DNA from: Rhynchopus sp. YZ270_cl-10
Taxonomy: Eukaryota
Length of the DNA: 64,000 nt
Assembly (NCBI GenBank): GCA_964035575.1
Contig: OZ037834.1
Coordinates: 124,001 to 188,000, forward strand
Direction of reading: 5' to 3'
The notes beneath the pieces are model-generated. The model ran no database searches, had not been told where the DNA came from, and saw nothing but the letters and a program-made list of their open reading frames with translations. The position numbers and the translations under genes were made by a program. This document shows, piece by piece, positions 36,180 through 47,581 of this stretch. How positions within the stretch are numbered: the stretch's first letter is position 1; each line of letters opens with the position of its first letter.

Positions 36180-39100
36180 AATCGGTTCTTACGCGTCGGT
36201 TCTTACGCGTCGGTTCTAACGCGTCGGTTCTAACGCGTCGGTTCTAACGCGTCGGTTCTTTCGCGTCGGTTCTAACGCGTCGGTTTTACGCGTCGGTTCT
36301 AACGAGTCGGTTCTAACGCGTCGGTTCTAACGCGTCGGTTCTTACGCGTCGGTTCTAACGCGTCGGTTCTGACGCGTCGGTTCTAACGCGTCGGTTCTTG
36401 CTCCGCGGTTCTTACGCGTCGGTTCTAACGCGTCGGTTCTACAGCGTCCGTTCTAACGCGTTGGTTCTAACGCGTCGGTTCTAACGCGTCGGTTCTTGCT
36501 CCGCGGTTCTAACGCGTCGGTTCTTTCGCGTCGGTTCTAACGCGTCGGTTCTTACGCGTCGGTTCTAACGAGTCGGTTCTAACGCGTCGGTTCTAACGCG
36601 TCGGTTCTTACGAATCGGTTCTAACGCGTCGGTTCTTTCGCGTCGGTTCTTACGCGTCGGTTCTAACGCGTTGGTTCTTACGAATCGGTTCTAACGCGTC
36701 GGTTCTAACGCGTCGGTTCTTTCGCGTCGGTTCTTACGCGTCGGTTCTAACGCGTCGGTTCTAACGCGTCGGTTCTAACGCGTCGGTTCTAACGCGTCGG
36801 TTCTTACGCGTCGGTTCTAACGCGTTGGTTCTTACGAATCGGTTCTAACGCGTCGGTTCTAACGCGTCGGTTCTTTCGCGTCGGTTCTAACGCGTCGGTT
36901 CTTACGCGTCGGTTCTAACGCGTCGGTTCTTACGAATCGGTTCTAACGCGTCGGTTCTAACGCGTCGGTTCTAACGCGTCGGTTCTAACGCGTCGGTTCT
37001 AACGCGTCGGTTCTTACGCGTCGGTTCTAACGCGTCGGTTCTAACGCGTCGGTTCTGACGCGTCGGTTCTAACGCGTCGGTTCTTGCTCCGAGGTTCTTA
37101 CGCGTCGGTTCTTTCGCGTCGGTTCTAACGCGTCGGTTCTAACGCGTCGGTTCTAACGCGTCGGTTCTAACGCGTCGGTTCTAACGCGTCGGTTCTAACG
37201 CGTCGGTTCTGACGCGTCGGTTCTAACGCGTCGGTTCTTGCTCCGAGGTTCTTACGCGTCGGTTCTTTCGCGTCGGTTCTAACGCGTCGGTTCTTACGCG
37301 TCGGTTCTACAGCGTCCGTTCTAACGCGTTGGTTCTTACGAATCGGTTCTAACGCGTCGGTTCTAACGCGTCGGTTCTACAGCGTCGGTTCTAACGCGTC
37401 GGTTCTTTCGCGTCGGTTCTAACGCGTCGGTTCTAACGCGTCGGTTCTACAGCGTCCGTTCTAACGCGTCGGTTCTAACGCGTCGGTTCTTACGCGTCGG
37501 TTCTTACGCGTCGGTTCTAACGCGTCGGTTCTTACGAATCGGTTCTAACGCGTCGGTTCTAACGCGTCGGTTCTTTCGCGTCGGTTCTAAAGCGTCGGTT
37601 CTTACGAATCGGTTCTAACGCGTCGGTTCTTACGCGTAGGTTCTACAGCGTCCGTTCTAACGCGTCGGTTCTAACGCGTCGGTTCTTACGCGTCGGTTCT
37701 AACGCGTCGGTTCTTGCTCCGCGGTTCTTACGCGTCGGTTCTAACGCGTCGGTTCTTACGAATCGGTTCTAACGCGTCGGTTCTTTCGCGTCGGTTCTTT
37801 CGCGTCGGTTCTAACTCGTCGGTTCTAACGCGTCGGTTCTTACGCGTCGGTTCTGCAGCGTCCGTTCTAACGCGTCGGTTCTTACGAATCGGTTCTAACG
37901 CGTCGGTTCTAACGAGTCGGTTCTTTCGCGTCGGTTCTAACGCGTCGGTTCTAACGCGTCGGTTCTAACGCGTCGGTTCTTACGCGTCGGTTCTAACGCG
38001 TCGGTTCTAACGCGTCGGTTCTTACGAATCGGTTCTAACGCGTCGGTTCTTTCGCGTCGGTTCTTTCGCGTCGGTTCTAACTCGTCGGTTCTAACGCGTC
38101 GGTTCTTACGCGTCGGTTCTGCAGCGTCCGTTCTAACGCGTCGGTTCTTACGAATCGGTTCTAACGCGTCGGTTCTAACGAGTCGGTTCTTTCGCGTCGG
38201 TTCTAACGCGTCGGTTCTTACGCTTCGGTTCTTACGCGTCGGTTCTAACGCGTCGGTTCTTTCGCGTCGGTTCTAACGCGTCGGTTCTTACGCGTCGGTT
38301 CTAACGCGTCGGTTCTAACGCGTCGGTTCTACAGCGTCGGTTCTAACGCGTCGGTTCTTGCTCCGCGGTTCTTACGCGTCGGTTCTTTCGCGTCGGTTCT
38401 AACGCGTCGGTTCTTACGAATCCGTTCTAACGCGTCGGTTCTCACGCGTCGGTTCTTTCGCGTCGGTTCTAACGCGTCGGTTCTTACGCGTCGGTTCTTT
38501 CGCGTCGGTTCTAACGCGTCGGTTCTACAGCGTCCGTTCTAACACGTCGGTTCTAACGCGTCGGTTCTAACGCGTCGGTTCTTTCGCGTCGGTTCTAACG
38601 CGTCGGTTCTTACGCGTCGGTTCTAACGCGTCGGTTCTTACGAATCCGTTCTAACGCGTCGGTTCTAACGCGTAGGTTCTAACGCGTTGGTTCTTACGAA
38701 TCGGTTCTAACGCGTCGGTTCTTTCGCGTCGGTTCTTACGCGTCGGTTCTAACGCGTCGGTTCTACAGCGTCCGTTCTAACACGTCGGTTCTAACGCGTC
38801 GGTTCTAACGCGTCGGTTCTTACGCGTCGGTTCTAACGCGTCGGTTCTAACGCGTCGGTTCTAACGCGTCGGTTCTTGCTCCGCGGTTCTTACGCGTCGG
38901 TTCTAACGCGTCGGTTCTACAGCGTCCGTTCTAACACGTCGGTTCTAACGCGTCGGTTCTAACGCGTCGGTTCTTGCTCCGCGGTTCTAACGCGTCGGTT
39001 CTAACGCGTCGGTTCTTTCGCGTCGATTCTAACGCGTCGGTTCTAACGCGTCGGTTCTTTCGCGTCGGTTCTAACGCGTCGGTTCTTACGCGTCGGTTCT

Positions 39101-41728
39101 AACGAGTCGGTTCTAACGCGTCGGTTCTAACGCGTCGGTTCTTACGCGTCGGTTCTAACGCGTCGGTTCTAACGCGTCGGTTCTGACGCGTCGGTTCTAA
39201 CGCGTCGGTTCTTGCTCCGCGGTTCTTACGCGTCGGTTCTTTCGCGTCGGTTCTAACGCATCGGTTCTTTCGCGTCGGTTCTTACGCGTCGGTTCTAACG
39301 CGTTGGTTCTTACGAATCGGTTCTAACGCGTCGGTTCTAACGCGTCGGTTCTTTCGCGTCGGTTCTAACGCGTCGGTTCTAACGCGTCGGTTATTTTGCG
39401 TCGGTTCTTAGGCGTCGGTTCTAACGAGTAGGTTCTACAGCGTCCGTTCTAACGCGTCGGTTCTAACGAGTCGGTTCTTACGCGTAGGTTCTACAGCGTC
39501 CGTTCTAACGCGTCGGTTCTAACGCGTCGGTTCTTACGCGTCGGTTCTTACGCGTCGGTTCTTACGCGTCGGTTCTAAAGCGTCGGTTCTTACGAATCGG
39601 TTCTAACGCGTCGGTTCTTACGCGTAGGTTCTACAGCGTCCGTTCTAACGCGTCGGTTCTAACGCGTTGGTTCTTACGAATCGGTTCTAACGCGTCGGTT
39701 CTTTTGCGTCGGTTCTTAGGCGTCGGTTCTAACGCGTCGGTTCTTACGCGTCGGTTCTAACGCGTCGGTTCTCACGCGTCGGTTCTAACGAGTCGGTTCT
39801 AACGCGTTGGTTCTTACGAATCGGTTCTAACGCGTCGGTTCTTTCGCGTCGGTTCTTAGGCGTCGGTTCTAACGCGTCGGTTCTTACGAATCGGTTCTAA
39901 CGCGTTGGTTCTTACGAATCGGTTCTAACGCGTCGGTTCTTTTGCGTCGGTTCTTAGGCGTCGGTTCTAACGCGTCGGTTCTTACGCGTCGGTTCTAACG
40001 CGTCGGTTCTTACGCGTCGGTTCTAACGCGTCGGTTCTTACGCGTCGGTTCTAACGCGTCGGTTCTAACGCGTTGGTTCTTACGAATCGGTTCTAACGCG
40101 TCGGTTCTTTTGCGTCGGTTCTTAGGCGTCGGTTCTAACGCGTCGGTTCTTACGCGTCGGTTCTAACGCGTCGGTTCTCACGCGTCGGTTCTAACGAGTC
40201 GGCTCTTACGCGTTGGTTCTTACGCGTCGGTTCTAACGCGTCGGTTCTTACTCCGCGGTTCTAACGCGTCGGTTCTAACGCGTCGGTTCTCACGCGTCGG
40301 TTCTTACGCGTCGGTTCTAACGCGTCGGTTCTTGCTCCGCGGTTCTAACGCGTCGGTTCTTACGCGTTGGTTCTAACGCGTCGGTTCTCACGCGTCGGTT
40401 CTAACGAGTCGGCTCTTACGCGTTGGTTCTTACGCGTCGGTTCTAACGCGTCGGTTCTTACGTGTCGGTTCTTACTCCGCGGTTCTAACGCGTCGGTTCT
40501 GACGCGTCGGTTCTAACGCGTCGGTTCTCACGCGTCGGTTCTTACGCGTCGGTTCTAACGCGTCGGTTCTTGCTCCGCGGTTCTAACGCGTCGGTTCTTA
40601 CGCGTTGGTTCTAACGCGTCGGTTCTCACGCGTCGGTTCTAACGAGTCGGCTCTTACGCGTTGGTTCTTACGCGTCGGTTCTAACGCGTCGGTTCTTACG
40701 TGTCGGTTCTTACTCCGCGGTTCTAACGCGTCGGTTCTGACGCGTCGGTTCTAACGCGTCGGTTCTCACGCGTCGGTTCTTACGCGTCGGTTCTAATGCG
40801 TCGGTTCTTGCTCCGCGGTTCTAACGCGTCGGTTCTTACGCGTTGGTTCTGACGCGTCGGTTCTAACGCGTCGGTTCTCACGCGTCGGTTCTAACGAGTC
40901 GGCTCTTACGCGTTGGTTCTTACGCGTCGGTTCTGACGCGTCGGTTCTAACGCGTCGGTTCTTACGCGTTGGTTCTGACGCGTCGGTTCTAACGCGTCGG
41001 TTCTCGCGCGTCGGTTCTAACGAGTCGGTTCTAACGCGTCGGTTCTTACGCGTCGGTTCTAACGAGTCGGTTCTAACGCGTCGGTTCTTACGCGTCGGTT
41101 CTTACTCCGCGGTTCTAACGCGTCGGTTCTAACGCGTCGGTTCTGACGCGTCGGTTCTAACGCGTCGGTTCTCACGCGTCGGTTCTTACGCGTCGGTTCT
41201 AACGCGTCGGTTCTTGCTCCGCGGTTCTAACGCGTCGGTTCTTACGCGTTGGTTCTGACGCGTCGGTTCTAACGCGTCGGTTCTCACGCGTCGGTTCTAA
41301 CGAGTCGGCTCTTACGCGTCGGTTCTAACGCGTCGGTTCTTACTCCGCGGTTCTAACGCGTCGGTTCTGACGCGTCGGTTCTAACGCGTCGGTTCTAACG
41401 CGTCGGTTCTTGCGCGTCGGTTCTAACGAGTCGGTTCTAACGCGTCGGTTCTAACGCGTCGGTTCTTACGCGTCGGTTCTTACGCGTCGGTTCTAACGCG
41501 TCGGTTGTAACGCGGCGGTTCTTACGCGTCGCTTCTTACGCGTCGGTTCTAACGAGTCGGTTCTTACGCGGCGGTTCTAACGCGTCGGTTCTAACGAGTC
41601 GGTTCTACCGCGTCGGTTGTAACGCGGCGGTTCTTACGCGTCGGTTCTTACGCGTCGCTTCTTACGCGTCGGTTCTTGCGCGTCGGTTCTCACGCGTCGG
41701 TTCTAACGGGTCGGTTCTTACGCGTCGG
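36180..41728. repeat. 14-bp satellite array 3 (~5.5 kb)
   Basis: Same monomer, local higher-order repeats, more degenerate 3' edge. Confidence 0.97.
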
Positions 41729-42275
41729 CACTAAATAATGACAAGACCGCTGACACAATACGATTGGCGTTATGTCCCGTCATGTGACAGGGGTCTTGTC
41801 ATTATGTGGTCATCTAACTAGTCGTGCCCGCTTGTCATTGCTCGTGGTGTGGGACAAAGAAGCCAACTCTCCCCTCCCTTTTTTGTGACCCGCCGTTCTT
41901 CCTGTAATAGGTACAGAGTGTTCTGACCATCCGAGCTTGTATGATAGAGGGGATAGTGGTTTCAATCACCACGATGTCCCGCGTGTATACTTTTTTTTGT
42001 TCCTTACACGCAGTGTTATTAGAAACTCGAATAAAGCCAACCTTTAATGGACTGATACCGACTATTTTCTCCCTCCCTTTAAAAATCACTTCCGCCAAAA
42101 TTCAGATCTAATACACTGTTTTTGGCTGCGTTCAACGAAAATATTCTTCCCTATTCTAGTCGAGTAATCAAGATCAGTTGGCGACTGTCAGATTCGAGTT
42201 TTGACACATTTGAACAACTTTTTCTCATCCAGACCACTCCACCGCAGGAACACAGGTACACTGACGGGAGGGGAT

Positions 42276-44427
42276 ATGGGGATGCAGTGTCTCAATGGCG
42301 TGCTCTCCTTGGACGGGACACTGAGCACCAAACAGAAGGAGCTGCGCACACAGTTCTTCATCTTCACCTGTGTGGGTTGGGGTGCCACTTCATTGTCTCT
42401 TTTAGCATGGATAGAAGTACTAATAAAAATGGCGGCGCCTATCTCAATGGCAGGGTCACTGGTGGTGCTGCTTGGGTTCAGCATTGCGATCTGTGCAGTG
42501 CTGTGCAGGGTTCCGTTGACAACAAGGGTGGTGGTGGGCACGTTGTACGTCATTACATGTGGAATGTTGATGTGGGATTTGAATGCACGAGCAACGTCCA
42601 TTTATCAGTGGCCTCTACTTGTGATAATTGTCGACATGCTGCTTGTGATGCAGGTGCCCACACAGTACAGTCTGGGTCTTGTGTGTGTCATAGTGCTCTG
42701 GTTACTGGTGCTTAGTGTTGAGGAGAGCTTCAGGTTTGGTCTGTTTGACATTCCCGGGTTGCCTGCACAGGAGGGCAAGTACGGACGGCTGTTTTACTTG
42801 GAGGAGAAGTTTGCCTGTGAGACTCCACCCTGCCCAGTACCGTTCCCATCGGTCCGCCTATTTACTGCAGTGGGTGTCTTTGTGATTGACTTCATCGTGA
42901 CGCGTGGCTTTGCACGTGAGGTGCTGAAGGAGCAGACATCAATGGAGCGGACGATCAACACCGTGCAAGAGATCGCCTCACTCCTGGCAAGGTACGACGT
43001 GGAGAAGGCGGCTGAGCTGCTGAAGGCGCATGAGGGTGACCTGCCTGAGGGGATGACAGATGCATTGAGGGGATTGGAGGAGAACCTGCGGAAGTACCTT
43101 CCCTACCTCCCTGCTGCGCTGTTTGAGGCTGAGGTGGATGAGCACGGTGTGCAGCAGTCGGCAGTGGCACCGCCTGGGCTTGACAGCGAGACAGCAACGA
43201 TTGTGTTCACAGACATCCGTGCGTCGACGTCGATCTGGGAGAACGCACCTGAGGGGATGCGTGCTGGACTGCAGATCCACAATGCTGTGATGTGTGGTGG
43301 GTACGAGGTGAAGACCATTGGCGACGCATTCATGATTGCCTTTGCATCCACTTGCGACGGTGTGGCGTTTGGGTTGCGTGTGCAGGAGCGTCTGTTTGAA
43401 GCAGACTGGCCTGCGTCTCTGCTTGAGGATGCACCAATCTGCTGTCGGCAGGGGTCGCTGTGGGGTGGTCTGACTGTGCGCATTGGTGTGAACACTGGCC
43501 CTGTGACTGTGGAGCAGAACACACTGACGGGACGGACAGACTACTTCGGACACACAGTGAACGTTGCGTCACGCCTTGAGAGCACATGCACACCTGGTGC
43601 TGTGGCTTTGCCGTCTGACCTGCGGACGTCTGTGTCTGAGTCGTGCAGTGCTGTTGCTGGTGTGCCTGAGGCAGTTCACTTGAAGGGTGTGTCTGGGAGC
43701 ACGTTGGTGTGCTGTGTGTGGCCTGTGTCACTTGGGGGACGAAGGGAGACACCACTTTGCGAGTCTTCTCGTGTCGAGTCTTCTTCGCTTAGGCTACACT
43801 CCACCGCGCAGCTAGGCAAGAGTCAAACTTCTCAAGCGTTGTCGGAGTCGACTGACAAGTGGTCGCTAGCTTCCTCCACGCACGTGCTCTCTCAGTCGCT
43901 GTTTGCACACTCGACCACCCAGGTCTCTGGCACTGTGGGAGTTGCACAGCTTGCAGTGGGTGACGTGGGACACAACACAGCTTTCGCACAAATGAGCGTC
44001 AAACTCACGACACTGACGATCTCACTGGAGCAGAGTGGAGGGAGTCTGGTGACGCTGCTTGGGAACTGTGTGTGTGTTGGGTGGAACGTGTCGCGTTCTG
44101 CACCTGCACACATGGAGAACGCGATACGGTTTGTGCAAGCGCATGTCTGTGAAATTTGCACTGAACGGGACTGGTCTTGCAAGCGGTCCTGTGCAGCACG
44201 GGGATGTTGGTGCACGGAGCCAGCGCTTTGTGACTGTGATGGGGGATGTGGTGCGTCGGAGTTGGGCGCTGTGCGAGGAGGCTGTGCGTGACGGGGTTGT
44301 GTGTCTGTACGAGCCTCCTGAAGGGACAACACTGCCGTCTGCACTTGAAGACGTTCTTGTCCAGCACAAGGGGTCTGGCTACAGAGTCGTTGAGTCAGAC
44401 AAAAAAGGACGGGACAACGTGTTTTAG
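42276..44427 (+). CDS. Multi-pass membrane receptor-type adenylate/guanylate cyclase with a second degenerate cyclase-like domain; frameshifted near 44135 (pseudogene or sequence error)
   Basis: Several hydrophobic helices, then ATIVFTDIRAST, YEVKTIGDAFM, VRIGVNTG and DYFGHTVNVASRLES. The C-terminal part (GLASGPVQHGDVGARSQRFVTVMG) continues in the 44059-44427 frame. Confidence 0.85.
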
Positions 44428-45637
44428 CGAGTTTTCCAGAAGCTTCCTTCACCCCCCTGTAAGGGTAACCGAAGGTGAAGTAAGGTATAGTATTGAAATC
44501 AATGCTGTCGGTTGCTCTGACGACGACGATGAGTGGGAACCTGTGGACGACTACGAGCTGACGCGGACCCCGACTCTGCAGCCATCGAGCAGATGGTCAT
44601 CGAGCCTGCCAAGCCTACGTCCAACACCGCTGTCGAGCAGCTGGTGGACGAAGAGGAGTGTGAAGACAACAGCCCAACGTTTCAGGTGCAGGCGTCCCAG
44701 TGGTTCTGGCAGCATACGAGGAGCGTTTTCGCATACCTGCAGAAGAGCAGAGTGATGGGCGTGTTGTGGATTATTTCTACAGGGTGGAGTTCCGGGAGCG
44801 TGGGCCCCCCATATCCAAAGCAGACCCCGTTTTTTTTCTTTTCCAATAACAATTCCTTGTTTTCATTGATGGACGGAACGCCGGCTGACGAGTGGTTGTG
44901 TACTACCCCCATGCACGGCTCAGGCGCATCTTAGTATGCCTTGTTTATGATTATTTTATGTGATTGAAGGACTGTCGCAACTTGGATCTGATGAGCAGCA
45001 AGGAGTGCGCAGTTGTCTTTTACAAGACGTAACTCTCTCGTTGTGTTGTCTTCTCTGTTTTGTGATAGGTGGTGTGTTTCTTGTTGAGGTTCGCACAAGG
45101 ACACATACTCATCATGTCACGCTACCCCTTATTGAACGAGCTAAGCCACCCTACTTATTCTTTATTTTTTGGGGCCACAAAGCGATGCTGCCCCAGGCCT
45201 CACAGATACATCGTGCCTAATGTGAGCGAGCCCCCTGAGGAAGACCCGTGGAAAAAGGGCACTTTACAGTGTTCCCCATCCGAAGCTTATCTTGCAAATG
45301 AAGTCCTGCTGAAATGGAGAAAATAAATGCACAATTGACTTTCACTTTCTTCCCTCCCCTGTCACCCAGCAGAGGTGTTAGCTGATGCATTATCATTTCC
45401 GCAGCAATCCCACGTCTTTTCCAAGATGTGTTGTGATTACACATGCGTTCTGTTCGTTTTGTAGTTGTAGATGTGTACGTTAGATAGGCGACTGCTATAA
45501 AGTACTATTAGTCCATAGTCAAAAGTTTTTCCATTATACACTCACCCCCTCCTCCTCCCCCTTCTCCTCTCTTTCCCCTCTCCTTTCCCATTTCCACTCT
45601 AAAAAAAATCAGAAAAAAGAAAAAAAAAGAAATTAAA

Positions 45638-46447
45638 ATGATGCGCAAAGCAGTGTCCACAATGTGCGCCACCAAGGGTGCACGCTTCAACTCCGCCCCT
45701 GCCTGGGTGAAGCCCGACCACGTCGCCATCTTCAAGTCCGACTTCGCTGCGGAGACCTACCCCGAGCGTGTGTTCGGAGGCGACCACCTGCTCTTCAGCA
45801 AGCTGATGTACAAGCTTGCGACCAAGGAGAACAAGGGGGAGGCGTACATCAAGACGCTCACGGCACTGCTCCTGAAGGAGAGAACCGGCAAGCTGGGGGC
45901 ACACTGGAGGACCGAGGCGAACGTTGCGACCGACAAGGAGTTCGCTGACCTCGACGACGGAGTCCGCTTTGTGCTCCGCTGGATGCAGAGCGCCAGCTCG
46001 ATGGACAAGCTTGAGGAGGTCGCACACATCTTCCAGGTCTACGTGAAGTCTGCACAGAAGACCATTGTTGTCCCGGTCACCCTCTCGGGCCTCCCTGAAT
46101 CCAACAAGACCCAGGCTGAGGCCGCACGCAAGGCCGCTGCCGCGACCGTCGCCGCACGTCTCCCCGAAAAGAAGGACTGGAAGCTTGAGTTCGAATACCT
46201 GGTCGACCCCGGTATCCTTGACGGATGGAGACTCAACGTTGGATCCTTCGTGGTGGAGGACATGTCGGCATACCTTGACCGTCGTTCCAAGGCGGAGGGC
46301 GAATCCGCAGCAGCAGACTTCTCCCAGGGCCCGAAGGAGGCCTTCACCGTGACCGAGTGGAAGCACAACCCCGAGACAGAAGCGCTTGGCGAATGGGTCA
46401 ACGAGCTCTCCCAATACGACGCGGAGGAGGCTCGCAGTGGGTACTAG
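45638..46447 (+). CDS. OSCP: Mitochondrial ATP synthase OSCP subunit, euglenozoan type
   Basis: Presequence-like N-terminus. SDF...YP...D.LLF.K.MYK, F.L.WMQ, EEVA.., VD..I..G and W..N.ETE.L......LSQYD.EEA..G are recalled as colinear with trypanosome OSCP. Confidence 0.88.
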   Translation: MMRKAVSTMCATKGARFNSAPAWVKPDHVAIFKSDFAAETYPERVFGGDHLLFSKLMYKLATKENKGEAYIKTLTALLLKERTGKLGAHWRTEANVATDKEFADLDDGVRFVLRWMQSASSMDKLEEVAHIFQVYVKSAQKTIVVPVTLSGLPESNKTQAEAARKAAAATVAARLPEKKDWKLEFEYLVDPGILDGWRLNVGSFVVEDMSAYLDRRSKAEGESAAADFSQGPKEAFTVTEWKHNPETEALGEWVNELSQYDAEEARSGY

Positions 46448-47581
46448 ATATGGGAATTTTTTTTTTTTTTTTGGGGGAGGAAAGGAGGAGGAGGAGGAGG
46501 AGAAGGTGAAGAAGATGAAGAAAAAAGATGAAATATGAGAGGATTTGATCGCTTTTTTATCAAAAAAAAAAAGAAAAAATGTGAGAAGGTAGGTGTCTGT
46601 GTGGGGGAAGGATTGGGAGGGAGGGAGGGGGGTTAAAAAATTTTTTTTGTTTTGTCCTGAAGTGAGTCTTCAGGCAGGTGGAGAGGGGAAATTGGGGGGA
46701 AAAAGAGAGGGGGAAATTTCAAAAGAAAAAAAGGGGAACTACGTGGCGAACGCATTTTTTGGAGGAATGGGGATAAAGGGAAGTTAAATTTTTAAAAAAC
46801 GAAAGGAAAAAATGGAGATTAGTTTGGAGATGTACTCAGTATTTTTTTTTTTTTTTTGTTTTTTTTGTGCATTTCCATTTCTTTTTCATTTTTTTTTGTT
46901 TCTTTCTCCCCTCAGATCGTTCTTTCAATCATAGAAAAAAATGGAAAAAAAAACCACATTCATTTAGCGAAACATTATACAAGAGGAGTAAATCTGGGCA
47001 GAGGGATGTGATATGGGTAAAAAGTATGCAAGAGATGAATGAGGGGGCAGCAAGACTGAGAAAGATAACGGGGGGAAGAGACAGGGGGTTTGTGTGAGAT
47101 TCACACAAAAAAAGGAGGTGACTGCACGTTGTCAAATTTTTTCAAAAAAAAGGGGGGAAAAAATGCAAAACAAAACAAAAATAAAGTAAAGTGATACAAA
47201 GAAACTCCATACAAGCGATTTTTTTAAAAAAAGGATAAATATGCTTGAATTCTTAAGGCTTGGTACTTTGTTTTGAAAAGCGCGTCAAAAAAAAAAATAT
47301 GAACGTAGTTATCGATTTCCCCCCAACTTTCCCCCCCATCCCCCCCAAAAAAAAAATACAAAAACACAAAAAAAAGAGAAAAGTTGTCATTTTCGTTTTT
47401 CTCTTTTATAAAACACTCAAAACCACGTATTACCTTCCACATATGTGGCAGATGTAAAACCACGGAATGAATGTAGGACTGCATGGTTTGGGTGTCCACC
47501 TCCCCCCCCGGTACAGCCGGTCATACCAAAGGTACACTGTTCACGAGAGGGGCTTTGAATTTCAACTCTACTTTTTATTTT

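Noticed and set aside
26463..36233. Many 60-260 aa ORFs in the module blocks
   Set aside because: Translations of GCGTT-derived repeats on both strands with no recognisable domain.
24228..41728. CRISPR array
   Set aside because: Contiguous 14-mers without unique spacers; eukaryotic context; no cas genes.
44460..44934. Acidic short ORFs downstream of the cyclase
   Set aside because: No clear start, frame changes, no domain recognised.
45599..46414. 271-aa antisense ORF over OSCP, and similar shadow ORFs over other genes
   Set aside because: Explained by GC-rich codon bias of the real gene on the opposite strand.
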